A stretch of 28,540 nt of DNA from a virus (Duplodnaviria; Caudoviricetes), in the IMG/VR virus record IMGVR_UViG_3300032332_002270, positions 1 through 28,540 of that record. One strand, given 5' to 3'. Below the pieces are notes generated by a model, which worked only from the letters and a program-made list of their open reading frames with translations, was not told where the DNA came from and made no database searches. The translations under genes and the position numbers were made by a program. Shown here piece after piece: positions 1 through 7,984 of the stretch (within the stretch, counting starts at the first letter, position 1; each line of letters opens with the position of its first letter).

Positions 1-648
1 GAAAACCTCCATCACCATGATGTTCTTGAGCGCGGAAAAAGTGAAATGCTTAGCGCGCTCAAGCACGTTCGTGTTGATCCAAACGCATCTCGACCACCAC
101 CTGCACCCAAACCCGCGCAGGTTCCTCCCGAGTTGCCGCCTGATGAGACCGCGCCGGATGCACCTGCCCTCGGCGCCGAGCTCAAAAAGCTTTATAGAAA
201 GATCGTCCAAGAAACACATCCTGACAAAGTAAGTGCTTTGGGTCTCGGCCAGAAGGAAGTTGATCGTCGTTCAAAACTGTATAAACGTGTGATCGAGGCT
301 TTTAAGAAATCAGAAGAGGATGTTCTTGTTGAGGCAGCTCTTGACCTTGATATCGATACGGGGCTTGACGAGACACGAGTTACAGAATCTCTCAGAAAAC
401 GTGCCACCATTCTCGAAAAAGAGATCAAAGCAATAAAGGGATCTGTAGAATGGTATTGGGTGCACGCGTCTGAAGAAGATAAGATACGAGTCATCAAAGA
501 GATCTGCAATAGAAACGGCTGGATTTACGTCACAGATGAGCAGATTGCTGAAGGTGTCAGATTCGCTATTGGCGTGCATCCCGGGTCTCGTGAGGAGGTT
601 CAACGTCGGGCAAGGCAAAAAATAATGGAGAGACGAAAAACGTCTTAA
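1..648 (+). CDS. J-domain (DnaJ-like) co-chaperone protein, 5' end probably outside the window
   Basis: Frame is open from base 1. Contains 'LKKLYRKIVQETHPDK' (J-domain helix II plus HPD motif) after a Pro-rich linker. Confidence 0.75.
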   Translation, partial: ENLHHHDVLERGKSEMLSALKHVRVDPNASRPPPAPKPAQVPPELPPDETAPDAPALGAELKKLYRKIVQETHPDKVSALGLGQKEVDRRSKLYKRVIEAFKKSEEDVLVEAALDLDIDTGLDETRVTESLRKRATILEKEIKAIKGSVEWYWVHASEEDKIRVIKEICNRNGWIYVTDEQIAEGVRFAIGVHPGSREEVQRRARQKIMERRKTS

Positions 649-673
649 AAACTAGACACGTCATTGCTATACT
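645..673 (+). promoter_or_regulatory. sigma70-like promoter TTAAAA-N17-TATACT with extended -10 (TG)
   Basis: TTAAAA 645-650, TGCTATACT 665-673, GAGAGG RBS before ATG 690. Confidence 0.5.
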
Positions 674-689
674 CCTAGAGAGGTTAACA

Positions 690-1133
690 ATGAACAACGT
701 CTACATCGCAAGCGGTTGGTTTTCTCCTGAGTGGCTCCAAGAGGTTGAGGACATTAAGAACGTCCTTGAGGAGCTGAATCTTGACTATTTCTCCCCGAAG
801 GATCACGCGATCTGCGAAGCTGATGCAGGTACCGACACCCAGCAAGCCATCTTTGATGGCAATGTCAAGCATCTGAACATCTGCGATTGGATGATCTGTA
901 ACACCCGCAACAAGGATATGGGTTCTATTTGGGAAGCGGGTTATTTCTACGCGCTTGGACGTCCCATCGTCTATTACTGCGCTGGCCTTCCTCCTGGCGC
1001 CAAGTTTAACCTGATGCTTGCTGCGAGCGGCGTCGCCGTCTGCACTTCTATCAACGACCTTCGTGAGTATCTTGCTGAATGTAAGGAAGCGGGTCACCTG
1101 ATTCCGCGTGATTACAAGGGCCTTATTGAGTAA
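690..1133 (+). CDS. Nucleoside 2-deoxyribosyltransferase / nucleotide N-hydrolase family protein
   Basis: VYIASGWF...YFSP...IFDGNVKHLNICD...DMGSIWEAGYFYALGRPIV, the typical NDT pattern with catalytic Glu in GxxWExG. Confidence 0.85.
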   Translation: MNNVYIASGWFSPEWLQEVEDIKNVLEELNLDYFSPKDHAICEADAGTDTQQAIFDGNVKHLNICDWMICNTRNKDMGSIWEAGYFYALGRPIVYYCAGLPPGAKFNLMLAASGVAVCTSINDLREYLAECKEAGHLIPRDYKGLIE

Positions 1134-1173
1134 GGTGAGGCTACCTGATACGTAGTGTCATCAGGAGCTCTTA

Positions 1174-1713
1174 ATGACCATCAATCGTGAAAAATTGCGC
1201 CGTATGATTCTTGCTGAGATGCATCAGCACGGCATTATGTCAATGGATTCAACAGGTCGAATCTTCGACCACAACGGCCCAGAGGCAGAATCGGGAATGA
1301 TTCGCTCAAATCTCTTCACTATCGGCAAGAAGGCACACGAACTTCACGACATGGTGGGTGAGCACGATGACCTTCCTGAGTGGGTGCAGGAGAAGATCGC
1401 TGTCGCTGAAGGTATGATCAGCAGCGTGCATGATTATCTCACCTATGAGTACGGGAAGCATAATGAGCCTGGGGGCCCACCTGAAGGCGATGTCATCGTT
1501 GCGCTCAACGAGGCGAAAAAGAAGAACGGACGTGTGAAGACAAAGAAGTATCACGATAAGGAGTACAAGGCGACCACAGCGCTTGTTAAGGCAATCAAGA
1601 AGGGTGCTTCTTATGAGGAACTTCGTGACATGGCGTCTTGGGCAGATAATCCCGATGCTGTAGTTAACGCCGCAATAATCGTCGCTAAGGGCAAGCCCAC
1701 TCGCGCTGACTGA
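1174..1713 (+). CDS. Phage hypothetical protein (DLPEWVQEKI-type), probable late/virion protein
   Basis: AGGAG RBS, 179 aa ORF, upstream GATACGTAG motif, N-terminal 'LRRMILAE' leader. Confidence 0.7.
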   Translation: MTINREKLRRMILAEMHQHGIMSMDSTGRIFDHNGPEAESGMIRSNLFTIGKKAHELHDMVGEHDDLPEWVQEKIAVAEGMISSVHDYLTYEYGKHNEPGGPPEGDVIVALNEAKKKNGRVKTKKYHDKEYKATTALVKAIKKGASYEELRDMASWADNPDAVVNAAIIVAKGKPTRAD

Positions 1714-1743
1714 AGTTGATAGACACACCTGCGGGTCAGGAGG

Positions 1744-1777
1744 CGAGCCCAGCGACTTCGTGCGCTGGGCTCGTTTT
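1744..1777 (+). terminator. Intrinsic terminator
   Basis: Perfect 11-bp stem CGAGCCCAGCG (1744-1754) / CGCTGGGCTCG (1763-1773) followed by TTTT. Confidence 0.8.
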
Positions 1778-1787
1778 GTGTTATAAT
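1759..1787 (+). promoter_or_regulatory. Putative promoter CGTGCG-N17-TATAAT (extended -10 TGnTATAAT)
   Basis: CGTGCG 1759-1764, TG 1779-1780, TATAAT 1782-1787. Same architecture at 3392 and 25009. Confidence 0.6.
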
Positions 1788-1898
1788 AAAAGCAGGAGAC
1801 ACGAGAAGATAGGCAGGACAAGAGCCCCTGATTACCTACAAGTGAATCAACAGTGAATGGCGGCGTGTCACAGAAGCAGCGCCGTTTATGGAGGCGGG

Positions 1899-2348
1899 AT
1901 GGGTTGTGATATTCATGGATTTTGGGAGCTTCGAACGCCTGAAGGCACATGGGTGGCATTTCGAGAAATTAACATGATGCGCTCCTATATGTGGTTCGGA
2001 ATCATCGCAGGTGTTCGCTCTCTTGTGCACACTTCAACCACAGCGGGCCGAGGCATCCCTGATGATGCATCAGCAGCTTGGCGCACTTATGCAGGAGTCG
2101 GTGGTTACGGTCTGCACAGTCATACATGGCTGTCTTACGATGAGGTTGATAATGCAAATCAGCTGATGCGAGCTGAGAGTAGAAAGGCACATGAGACATT
2201 ACCCACTCGCTCTGATGAAGTTGAGCACATCTACGCACTGGGTCACGATTATCCCACCACCATTCCCTGGTTTGGCACGCTGTCGGAGCTCATCAAGGCG
2301 CAGACTCTGTCTGATTGCCTTCGAATTGTCGTAGCTTTTGACAACTAA
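1899..2348 (+). CDS. Phage hypothetical protein (MGCDIH-type N-terminus)
   Basis: GGAGG RBS before ATG 1899 (better start than 1857). MGCDIH...YMWFGIIAGVR...RGIPDDAS...HSHTWL resembles a widespread phage hypothetical family. Confidence 0.75.
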   Translation: MGCDIHGFWELRTPEGTWVAFREINMMRSYMWFGIIAGVRSLVHTSTTAGRGIPDDASAAWRTYAGVGGYGLHSHTWLSYDEVDNANQLMRAESRKAHETLPTRSDEVEHIYALGHDYPTTIPWFGTLSELIKAQTLSDCLRIVVAFDN

Positions 2349-2366
2349 GAAATTGCACGTTACAAT
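2338..2366 (+). promoter_or_regulatory. Near-consensus sigma70 promoter
   Basis: TTGACA 2338-2343, 17-nt spacer, TACAAT 2361-2366, then AGAGGAG RBS. Confidence 0.75.
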
Positions 2367-2384
2367 CTTAAGAGGAGATGACAG

Positions 2385-3359
2385 ATGCGTGTTCTAATCA
2401 CGGGTCACAAGGGTTTTATCGCGAGGAATCTTCCCGCTGCATTCGAGCGTCTTGGACACGAGGTCGTCCCACCAAATGTGCTCAACCTCCTGCACAAGAT
2501 TCAAACCGGTGAGCACTGCGTCCATCGTAACAGTGAGGAGGCGTGGCACGCTGAGTTTGAGCGGCTCCAAGTAGATGTCGTCGTCCATAACGCTGCGACC
2601 GTTGGAACTGATGTCGTGGCACTTAATCCTCACGAGGCGACCCTGACCAACGTGACCGGGACGTACAACATCTGCCGGGCTGCCTCAAAGTCGGGCGCTG
2701 CTGTCCTCTACCTCGGAACGACGGTCATCTACGACACGGACAAATACCAGGAACAACCCATCGTCGAGACTTCATCTCATGCTCCTCGGACGTTCTATGG
2801 TGCCCAGAAGTTGGCTGGTGAGCACATCGTTCGAACCCATTCGAAGCGGTGGGCAACTGCACGTCCGCTCTTCTGTTACGGCGGCGTGGGTGATAATAAC
2901 TCACTCATCTCGAAGACACTGTTTGGTGCTGCGACCGGTCGCGAGAACATCGACATCTTCCTCGACCCGGAGAAGGTGAAGGATTATATGCACGTCACCG
3001 ACTTCTGCGATGCTGTCGCGACCGTGGCCCACCAAGGCCTCTGGAATGATGATTGGAACGTCTCAGCTGAAACTCCTCACCAGACGGGACACATCGTTGA
3101 CATGATGTCCGAGGTGTCTGGTCATCGTCTTGACCCCGTCGTCAGGTGGCACCCACAGACGGATTACCTGGGCAATCACAGGCTTAGTTCACAGAAGTTC
3201 CGAGCCGCATCGGGTTGGGCACCAAAAGTCAGCCTCGTTGAAGGCATCCAGCGTTCCTGGGATGAGATCTCCAAATCGAGCAATGATTTCAACCCACTTC
3301 AGTACCTCGATGACGCTGCATCACGCGGCCTTGAGTTGACGCAGTTCTTCAATCGCTGA
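2385..3359 (+). CDS. NAD-dependent sugar epimerase/dehydratase (extended SDR)
   Basis: VLITGHKGFIA Rossmann motif, HNAA, NVTGT, YGAQK (YxxxK), KDYMHVTD. Confidence 0.9.
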   Translation: MRVLITGHKGFIARNLPAAFERLGHEVVPPNVLNLLHKIQTGEHCVHRNSEEAWHAEFERLQVDVVVHNAATVGTDVVALNPHEATLTNVTGTYNICRAASKSGAAVLYLGTTVIYDTDKYQEQPIVETSSHAPRTFYGAQKLAGEHIVRTHSKRWATARPLFCYGGVGDNNSLISKTLFGAATGRENIDIFLDPEKVKDYMHVTDFCDAVATVAHQGLWNDDWNVSAETPHQTGHIVDMMSEVSGHRLDPVVRWHPQTDYLGNHRLSSQKFRAASGWAPKVSLVEGIQRSWDEISKSSNDFNPLQYLDDAASRGLELTQFFNR

Positions 3360-3391
3360 TAAGATAGAACAAAATAAAACAACCCCGGCGT

Positions 3392-3420
3392 CGTGCGAGA
3401 CCCCAGCTGTGTGGTATAAT
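3392..3420 (+). promoter_or_regulatory. Putative promoter CGTGCG-N17-TATAAT
   Basis: CGTGCG 3392-3397, TGGTATAAT 3412-3420, upstream of endonuclease and dnaE. Confidence 0.6.
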
Positions 3421-3475
3421 CGACATGTAATAAACCGGTGTGTGAATCACCCCTATATAGTAATAGGAGGACAAC

Positions 3476-4387
3476 ATGCCCACACTGGTTACAATTAATT
3501 GTGTCGTTTGCTGTAATGAATTTGTTACTACATTTAAAAAGCGCAATCAACAAACATGTAGCAAAGATTGCGCATATAAGCTTCGAATCTCAACAAGACA
3601 GACACAACACGAACCTACTAGAAAAAGATGCGCTAGTTGTAATCAAGAATTTGATGATACAAGCAAGAAGAAGTTAGTTAAAAAATGCGAAATCTGCATT
3701 CTAAAAGATGGAGTTGCTAAAAGAAGAGAAAAAGGCACATATGCGCGCTCTCCAGAGCAAAACCATAAGTTGAGTGAGACGCTCAAAGAAAAATATTCAT
3801 CGGGCTGGAATCCAAACACATTTGAACATAAAGAAAAATTGTCACGCTTGCTGAAGGCACGATGGAAATCAGGGTCGATGTCGGAATCAATAAAGAAAAC
3901 GTGTCAAGAAAAATATGGAACCGACCACTGGACGAAATCAACAGTTGGCAAGAAAACTTTAAGTGCTTTGTCAAAAGGACGTAAATTTTCTGATCTTGCA
4001 AGACGAAACATGTCTGCTGCACATGCACGAAGTATTCTTGCAGGCAGAAAATGCTACACAAGTGGTAAGGGTGGCGTAAGAAGTGATATTGGTTTTTATG
4101 TTCGCAGTAGGTGGGAAGCCAACTTTGCAAGAATATGCATTTATGAAAAATGGCAGTTTAAATATGAACCTTGCTCTTTCGACTTGGGAAATCATAAATT
4201 TTACATTCCCGATTTCGTAATTGGAGATGAGCTCTATGAACTGAAAGGTTACATGAGCGATGAATCTAGGACAAGGTTAGATGACTTCAAAAAAATATAC
4301 CCAAATATTGCATTGAAAATCATCGGCCCCAAAGAATATAATCAACTAAAGACAAAGTACAAACAACTAATCAACTGGGAAGAATAA
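3476..4387 (+). CDS. Free-standing putative homing endonuclease: Zn-ribbons, NUMOD3-like repeats, C-terminal PD-(D/E)xK nuclease
   Basis: AGGAGG RBS. CxxC pairs (CVVC, CSKDC, CASC, CEIC); repeats SPEQNHKLSETLK / TFEHKEKLSRLLK / SDLARRNMSAAH; RSRWEANFA...YEP...YIPDF...ELKGY nuclease motif. Visibly more AT-rich than its flanks. Confidence 0.8.
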   Translation: MPTLVTINCVVCCNEFVTTFKKRNQQTCSKDCAYKLRISTRQTQHEPTRKRCASCNQEFDDTSKKKLVKKCEICILKDGVAKRREKGTYARSPEQNHKLSETLKEKYSSGWNPNTFEHKEKLSRLLKARWKSGSMSESIKKTCQEKYGTDHWTKSTVGKKTLSALSKGRKFSDLARRNMSAAHARSILAGRKCYTSGKGGVRSDIGFYVRSRWEANFARICIYEKWQFKYEPCSFDLGNHKFYIPDFVIGDELYELKGYMSDESRTRLDDFKKIYPNIALKIIGPKEYNQLKTKYKQLINWEE

Positions 4388-4388
4388 C

Positions 4389-4469
4389 ATGTCGAACGGG
4401 AGCTCTGAGAAGCCGGTTCGTGCGCCTAACCGATTTGTCGGTTTGCATGCGCACTCCGGCTTCTCCTAA
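4389..4469 (+). CDS. dnaE: N-terminal 26-aa segment of DNA polymerase III alpha (PHP motif LHAHSGFS), ending at TAA
   Basis: Manual translation from ATG 4389: MSNGSSEKPVRAPNRFVGLHAHSGFS*. This is the canonical DnaE start motif, in a different frame from the 4480 ORF. Confidence 0.8.
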   Translation: MSNGSSEKPVRAPNRFVGLHAHSGFS

Positions 4470-4479
4470 GTAATCTACT

Positions 4480-7400
4480 ATGGACGGTTTGGGCTATCCT
4501 GCCCAACACATTGACTGGATTGTCAAGAATGGAATGGACAGCTGGGCGCTGACTGACCACGGCAATGGATCAGGTCTCGCTCACGCGCAGTCACACGCCA
4601 AGAAATTGAAGAAGTCGGGTCAGAAGTTCCGCCAGCTTAATGGTGTTGAATTCTATTTCGTCCCATCGCTTCGTGACTGGTCACATCAATATCGTGACCA
4701 CCTCGACGCTGTCAAAGCAGCGCGTTCTGAGAAGAAGGCGAAAGAGGCTACCGACATCGACGCTGATGACGAAGGTGAGGGTGGCCACGTTATCGAGAAT
4801 GAGGATGAGACGAAGCGCGCTCAGACAGCTGAGGTTAAGGATGATGAATGGAAGCGCCGTTATCACCTTGTCGTCATCGCCAAAAATCAGAAGGGCCTCT
4901 CCAACCTCTTCACTTTGGTGACACGTTCTTTCAAGGAGGGCTATTACAGGTTCCCACGCATTGACTTTGATATGCTCAAAGAGCACGGTGAGGGTCTCGT
5001 AGTCAGCACAGCTTGCATCGGCGGAATTTATTCAAACAGGATTCTCCGCGGTCAGGCAATGGGTAAATCTGACGCCGACGTCCAACGTGAGCTGCTCAAC
5101 CTGACTGACTGCTTTGTCGATGCTGTCGGGCGCGACAACTTTAACCTTGAGATCCAGTTCAACAAACTGCAAGCGCAGCACGACGTCAATCGACACCTGA
5201 TGATGCTCGCCAAGGCGCACAACCTCAATGTCGTCGCAACCTGTGACTCTCACTACCCGACTCCTGACAAATGGAAAACACGCGAGCTCTATAAGAAGCT
5301 GGCGTGGATGAATGCAAAGGACGCGCCCAAGCCGCTTCCGTCGTTTGAAGAGCTGAAGTGTGAGCTCTATCCCAAGAACGCCGACCAGATGTGGGCTGAG
5401 TATCTTCGGCATAAGCCTGAGCACAGCTTTTACAACGATGACGAGATGATTGTCAACGCCATCGAGCGGACGCACGACATCGCTTGGCAGCAGTGTGAGG
5501 ACGTCTGGGTTGATACGAAAGTGAAGTTACCTATTCACTCATTTGCTGATGAGACACCATTCCAGCATCTTGTCAATCTTGCTAAAGAAAGGCTCATTGC
5601 AGAGGGTTTATCTGACAATTCTGTCTACATTGAACGCCTGAAGGAAGAGTTGTCAGATATTAAGCATCTCGGCCACGAGTCGTATTTTCTCACGATGTAT
5701 GAAGTGTTTAAGAGCGCAGAAAAGAAAACTCTGCTTGGGCCGGGCCGCGGCAGCGCCGCTGGAAGTTTGCTCAACTTTCTTTTGGGAATCACACAGGTAG
5801 ATCCAATTCCCTATGGCTTGCTGTGGGGCAGATTCCTGGGCCGGTGGCGTGTTTCATATCCAGACATTGATACAGACGCTGCCGACCGCGATGTTCTTAT
5901 TAACTCTGCTAGAGAGCTTTACGGGAATGATGCTGTCATTCCCGTGTCAAACTTCAATACGCTAAAGCTCAAATCTCTCATCAAGGATATTTCCAAGTTC
6001 TACAACGTCCCTTTTGAAGAAGTAAATGCGATGACTGGCCCTCTTCAGAATGAAGTTGAACCTCACGCGCGTGACGAAGATCAAGAGAAATCGGTTTTCG
6101 TTCTAAAGCACGATGACTGTATGAAGTATTCTGAAAGCTATCGCAGCTTTATGGAGAAATACCCAGATGTTGCTGAACACGTTAATGCACTCTTTATGGA
6201 GAATCGTTCCATTGGCCGCCATGCGGGTGGTGTTCTGATTGCAAATCCGAGAGATCTTGAGCAATCGATGCCAATCATTTCTGTTCGAGGAGAGATTCAG
6301 ACGCCCTGGACAGAAGGAATGAACTTTCGCAACCTCGAAGACAATGGTTTCCTCAAGTTCGATTTCCTCGGTCTTACCCTGCTGAAGGACGTCGAAAATT
6401 GTATTGCAAGAATCTTAAAGAAGAAGGGCAATCTTAATCCCACTTTCGCTGATGTGAAGCAATTTTTTGATGAAAATGTAAATTGTCGTTATCATAAACT
6501 TGATGACAAAAAGGTGTTTGACCACGTCTATCACAGTCGTCACAAGACTGGAGTGTTTCAATTCACCAACGAAGGTGCTAGAAAGCTTTGTGAAGAAGCG
6601 AAACCCTCGTCGATTGAAGAGGTTTCTGCTATCACTGCAATCTATCGACCCGGTCCGCTTAAGGCGAATGTTCACAAGAAGTATATTCAAGCGAGAGAAG
6701 ATTTTAACAATGGAAGAATGAAATTTGAGCACCCAATAATCGAAGAGATTCTTGGTCCCACAGCGGGTTTCTTGATTTATCAAGAGCAGTTTATGGAGTT
6801 GGCCCGTCGACTTGGTGGCTTTACGAATGCTGAATCCGACCAGCTTCGAAAGACGCTTGTAAAAAAATCTCTTGACACTCTTGGCAAAAAGAGTTCCGAG
6901 AAGGAGCAGGCTAAGCAGAAGTTTATTGAGGGGGCACAGCTCCTTCACGGTTTGAATCCGAAAATCACCGAGCCGCTCTGGCAGACAATTGACTTTATGT
7001 CTGTGTATTGCTTCAATAAGTCACACTCTGTGTCATACGCGATTGACTCCTATTATGCGGCTTGGTTCCACACCCACTATGAGAAGGAATGGCTTGCAAC
7101 TATCCTGCAATCTGAGACAGGGAAGCCTGATGCTCTTGCTAAGGCGATTTCCGAAATCAAAGCGATTGGTTACAAGTTCGCACAGGTTGACATCAACTAC
7201 TCAGGTACTGAATGGCTCTTCTCGGAAGAACTCCAGGCATTCGTCCCGCCGCTGACGTCTGTCAAAGGCTTGGGTGATGCTGCAGTTACCGAGATCTTTG
7301 AGCATCGTCCCTATCGTGAGCTCGATGACCTCTTCTACGACACCGAGGGCGAATGGCGTCACTCCAAGATGAACAAGAGCTGCTTTGAGTCGCTTATCAA

Positions 7401-7983
7401 GGTTGAAGGTTTCGGTTCTCTAAAGGAGTTCTCGACAGGTGAGCTCCGGAACCACAAGCAGCTCTATGAGTTCGTCATCAATGGCTACGACACCCTTCGC
7501 AAGGGCCGCGGCGGAATGAACAAGACAGCAGCAAAGAAGTTTGCCAAGGAGCATGGTCGAGCACCTAATGTTATCCGTGATGTTCTACCATCACTCATTG
7601 AGGTTCAAGATTGGACGCGTCCTGAGAAGATTGGACACGCTGTTGAGATTCTATCGACTGCACCTGAACTTCTGCTTTTCCCACCCCAGATTATTGAGAA
7701 GATAAACAAGAGCCAAGTCGATTCTCTTGTCGGCCTTGAACCTGGTCGACCTGGCATCGGTTGGTTCTGTACAACTGCTGTTCAGAAAAAGACGACAAAG
7801 ACGGGTAAAACGTTCCACTTGTTTGATATACTTGACGACAAGAACCAGACAGCACGCCTCCGTGTCTGGGGTCAATTCAAGCGTGACCCGCAACCTTACA
7901 CGCTCTGGATTGCTGAAGCCGAGAAAGATCCAAACTGGGGCCTTTCAACCCAGGCGTCAAAACTTCGAATGTTTGAGGTTTAA
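4480..7983 (+). CDS. dnaE: DNA polymerase III alpha subunit (DnaE), main body
   Basis: DG...ALTDHG, GVEFY, HLVVIAKN, STACIGG, TCDSHY, GPGRGSAAGSL, PDIDTD, GRHAGG, KFDFLGL, YRPGP, IYQEQ, FNKSHS, C-terminal OB-like region. Confidence 0.95.
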   Translation: MDGLGYPAQHIDWIVKNGMDSWALTDHGNGSGLAHAQSHAKKLKKSGQKFRQLNGVEFYFVPSLRDWSHQYRDHLDAVKAARSEKKAKEATDIDADDEGEGGHVIENEDETKRAQTAEVKDDEWKRRYHLVVIAKNQKGLSNLFTLVTRSFKEGYYRFPRIDFDMLKEHGEGLVVSTACIGGIYSNRILRGQAMGKSDADVQRELLNLTDCFVDAVGRDNFNLEIQFNKLQAQHDVNRHLMMLAKAHNLNVVATCDSHYPTPDKWKTRELYKKLAWMNAKDAPKPLPSFEELKCELYPKNADQMWAEYLRHKPEHSFYNDDEMIVNAIERTHDIAWQQCEDVWVDTKVKLPIHSFADETPFQHLVNLAKERLIAEGLSDNSVYIERLKEELSDIKHLGHESYFLTMYEVFKSAEKKTLLGPGRGSAAGSLLNFLLGITQVDPIPYGLLWGRFLGRWRVSYPDIDTDAADRDVLINSARELYGNDAVIPVSNFNTLKLKSLIKDISKFYNVPFEEVNAMTGPLQNEVEPHARDEDQEKSVFVLKHDDCMKYSESYRSFMEKYPDVAEHVNALFMENRSIGRHAGGVLIANPRDLEQSMPIISVRGEIQTPWTEGMNFRNLEDNGFLKFDFLGLTLLKDVENCIARILKKKGNLNPTFADVKQFFDENVNCRYHKLDDKKVFDHVYHSRHKTGVFQFTNEGARKLCEEAKPSSIEEVSAITAIYRPGPLKANVHKKYIQAREDFNNGRMKFEHPIIEEILGPTAGFLIYQEQFMELARRLGGFTNAESDQLRKTLVKKSLDTLGKKSSEKEQAKQKFIEGAQLLHGLNPKITEPLWQTIDFMSVYCFNKSHSVSYAIDSYYAAWFHTHYEKEWLATILQSETGKPDALAKAISEIKAIGYKFAQVDINYSGTEWLFSEELQAFVPPLTSVKGLGDAAVTEIFEHRPYRELDDLFYDTEGEWRHSKMNKSCFESLIKVEGFGSLKEFSTGELRNHKQLYEFVINGYDTLRKGRGGMNKTAAKKFAKEHGRAPNVIRDVLPSLIEVQDWTRPEKIGHAVEILSTAPELLLFPPQIIEKINKSQVDSLVGLEPGRPGIGWFCTTAVQKKTTKTGKTFHLFDILDDKNQTARLRVWGQFKRDPQPYTLWIAEAEKDPNWGLSTQASKLRMFEV

Positions 7984-7984
7984 G

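Noticed and set aside
4467-4476. Stop-codon reassignment or simple readthrough to explain the dnaE break
   Set aside because: The two parts are in different frames, so readthrough cannot join them. TAA, TAG and TGA all end genes normally elsewhere in the window.
3360-4480. Group I intron carrying the endonuclease inside dnaE
   Set aside because: The endonuclease lies upstream of the dnaE start codon with 1 nt between them. No 5' exon or room for a ribozyme core is visible, and the 10-nt insert is far too short to self-splice.
4480-7983. Intein in DnaE
   Set aside because: Length is ordinary, and no C-x...HN-C/S/T splice motifs or LAGLIDADG blocks were seen.
7727-7984. Long N-terminal extension of the kinase ORF as given in the ORF track
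   Set aside because: It overlaps the dnaE 3' end out of frame. ATG 7985 just after the dnaE stop precedes the P-loop as expected.
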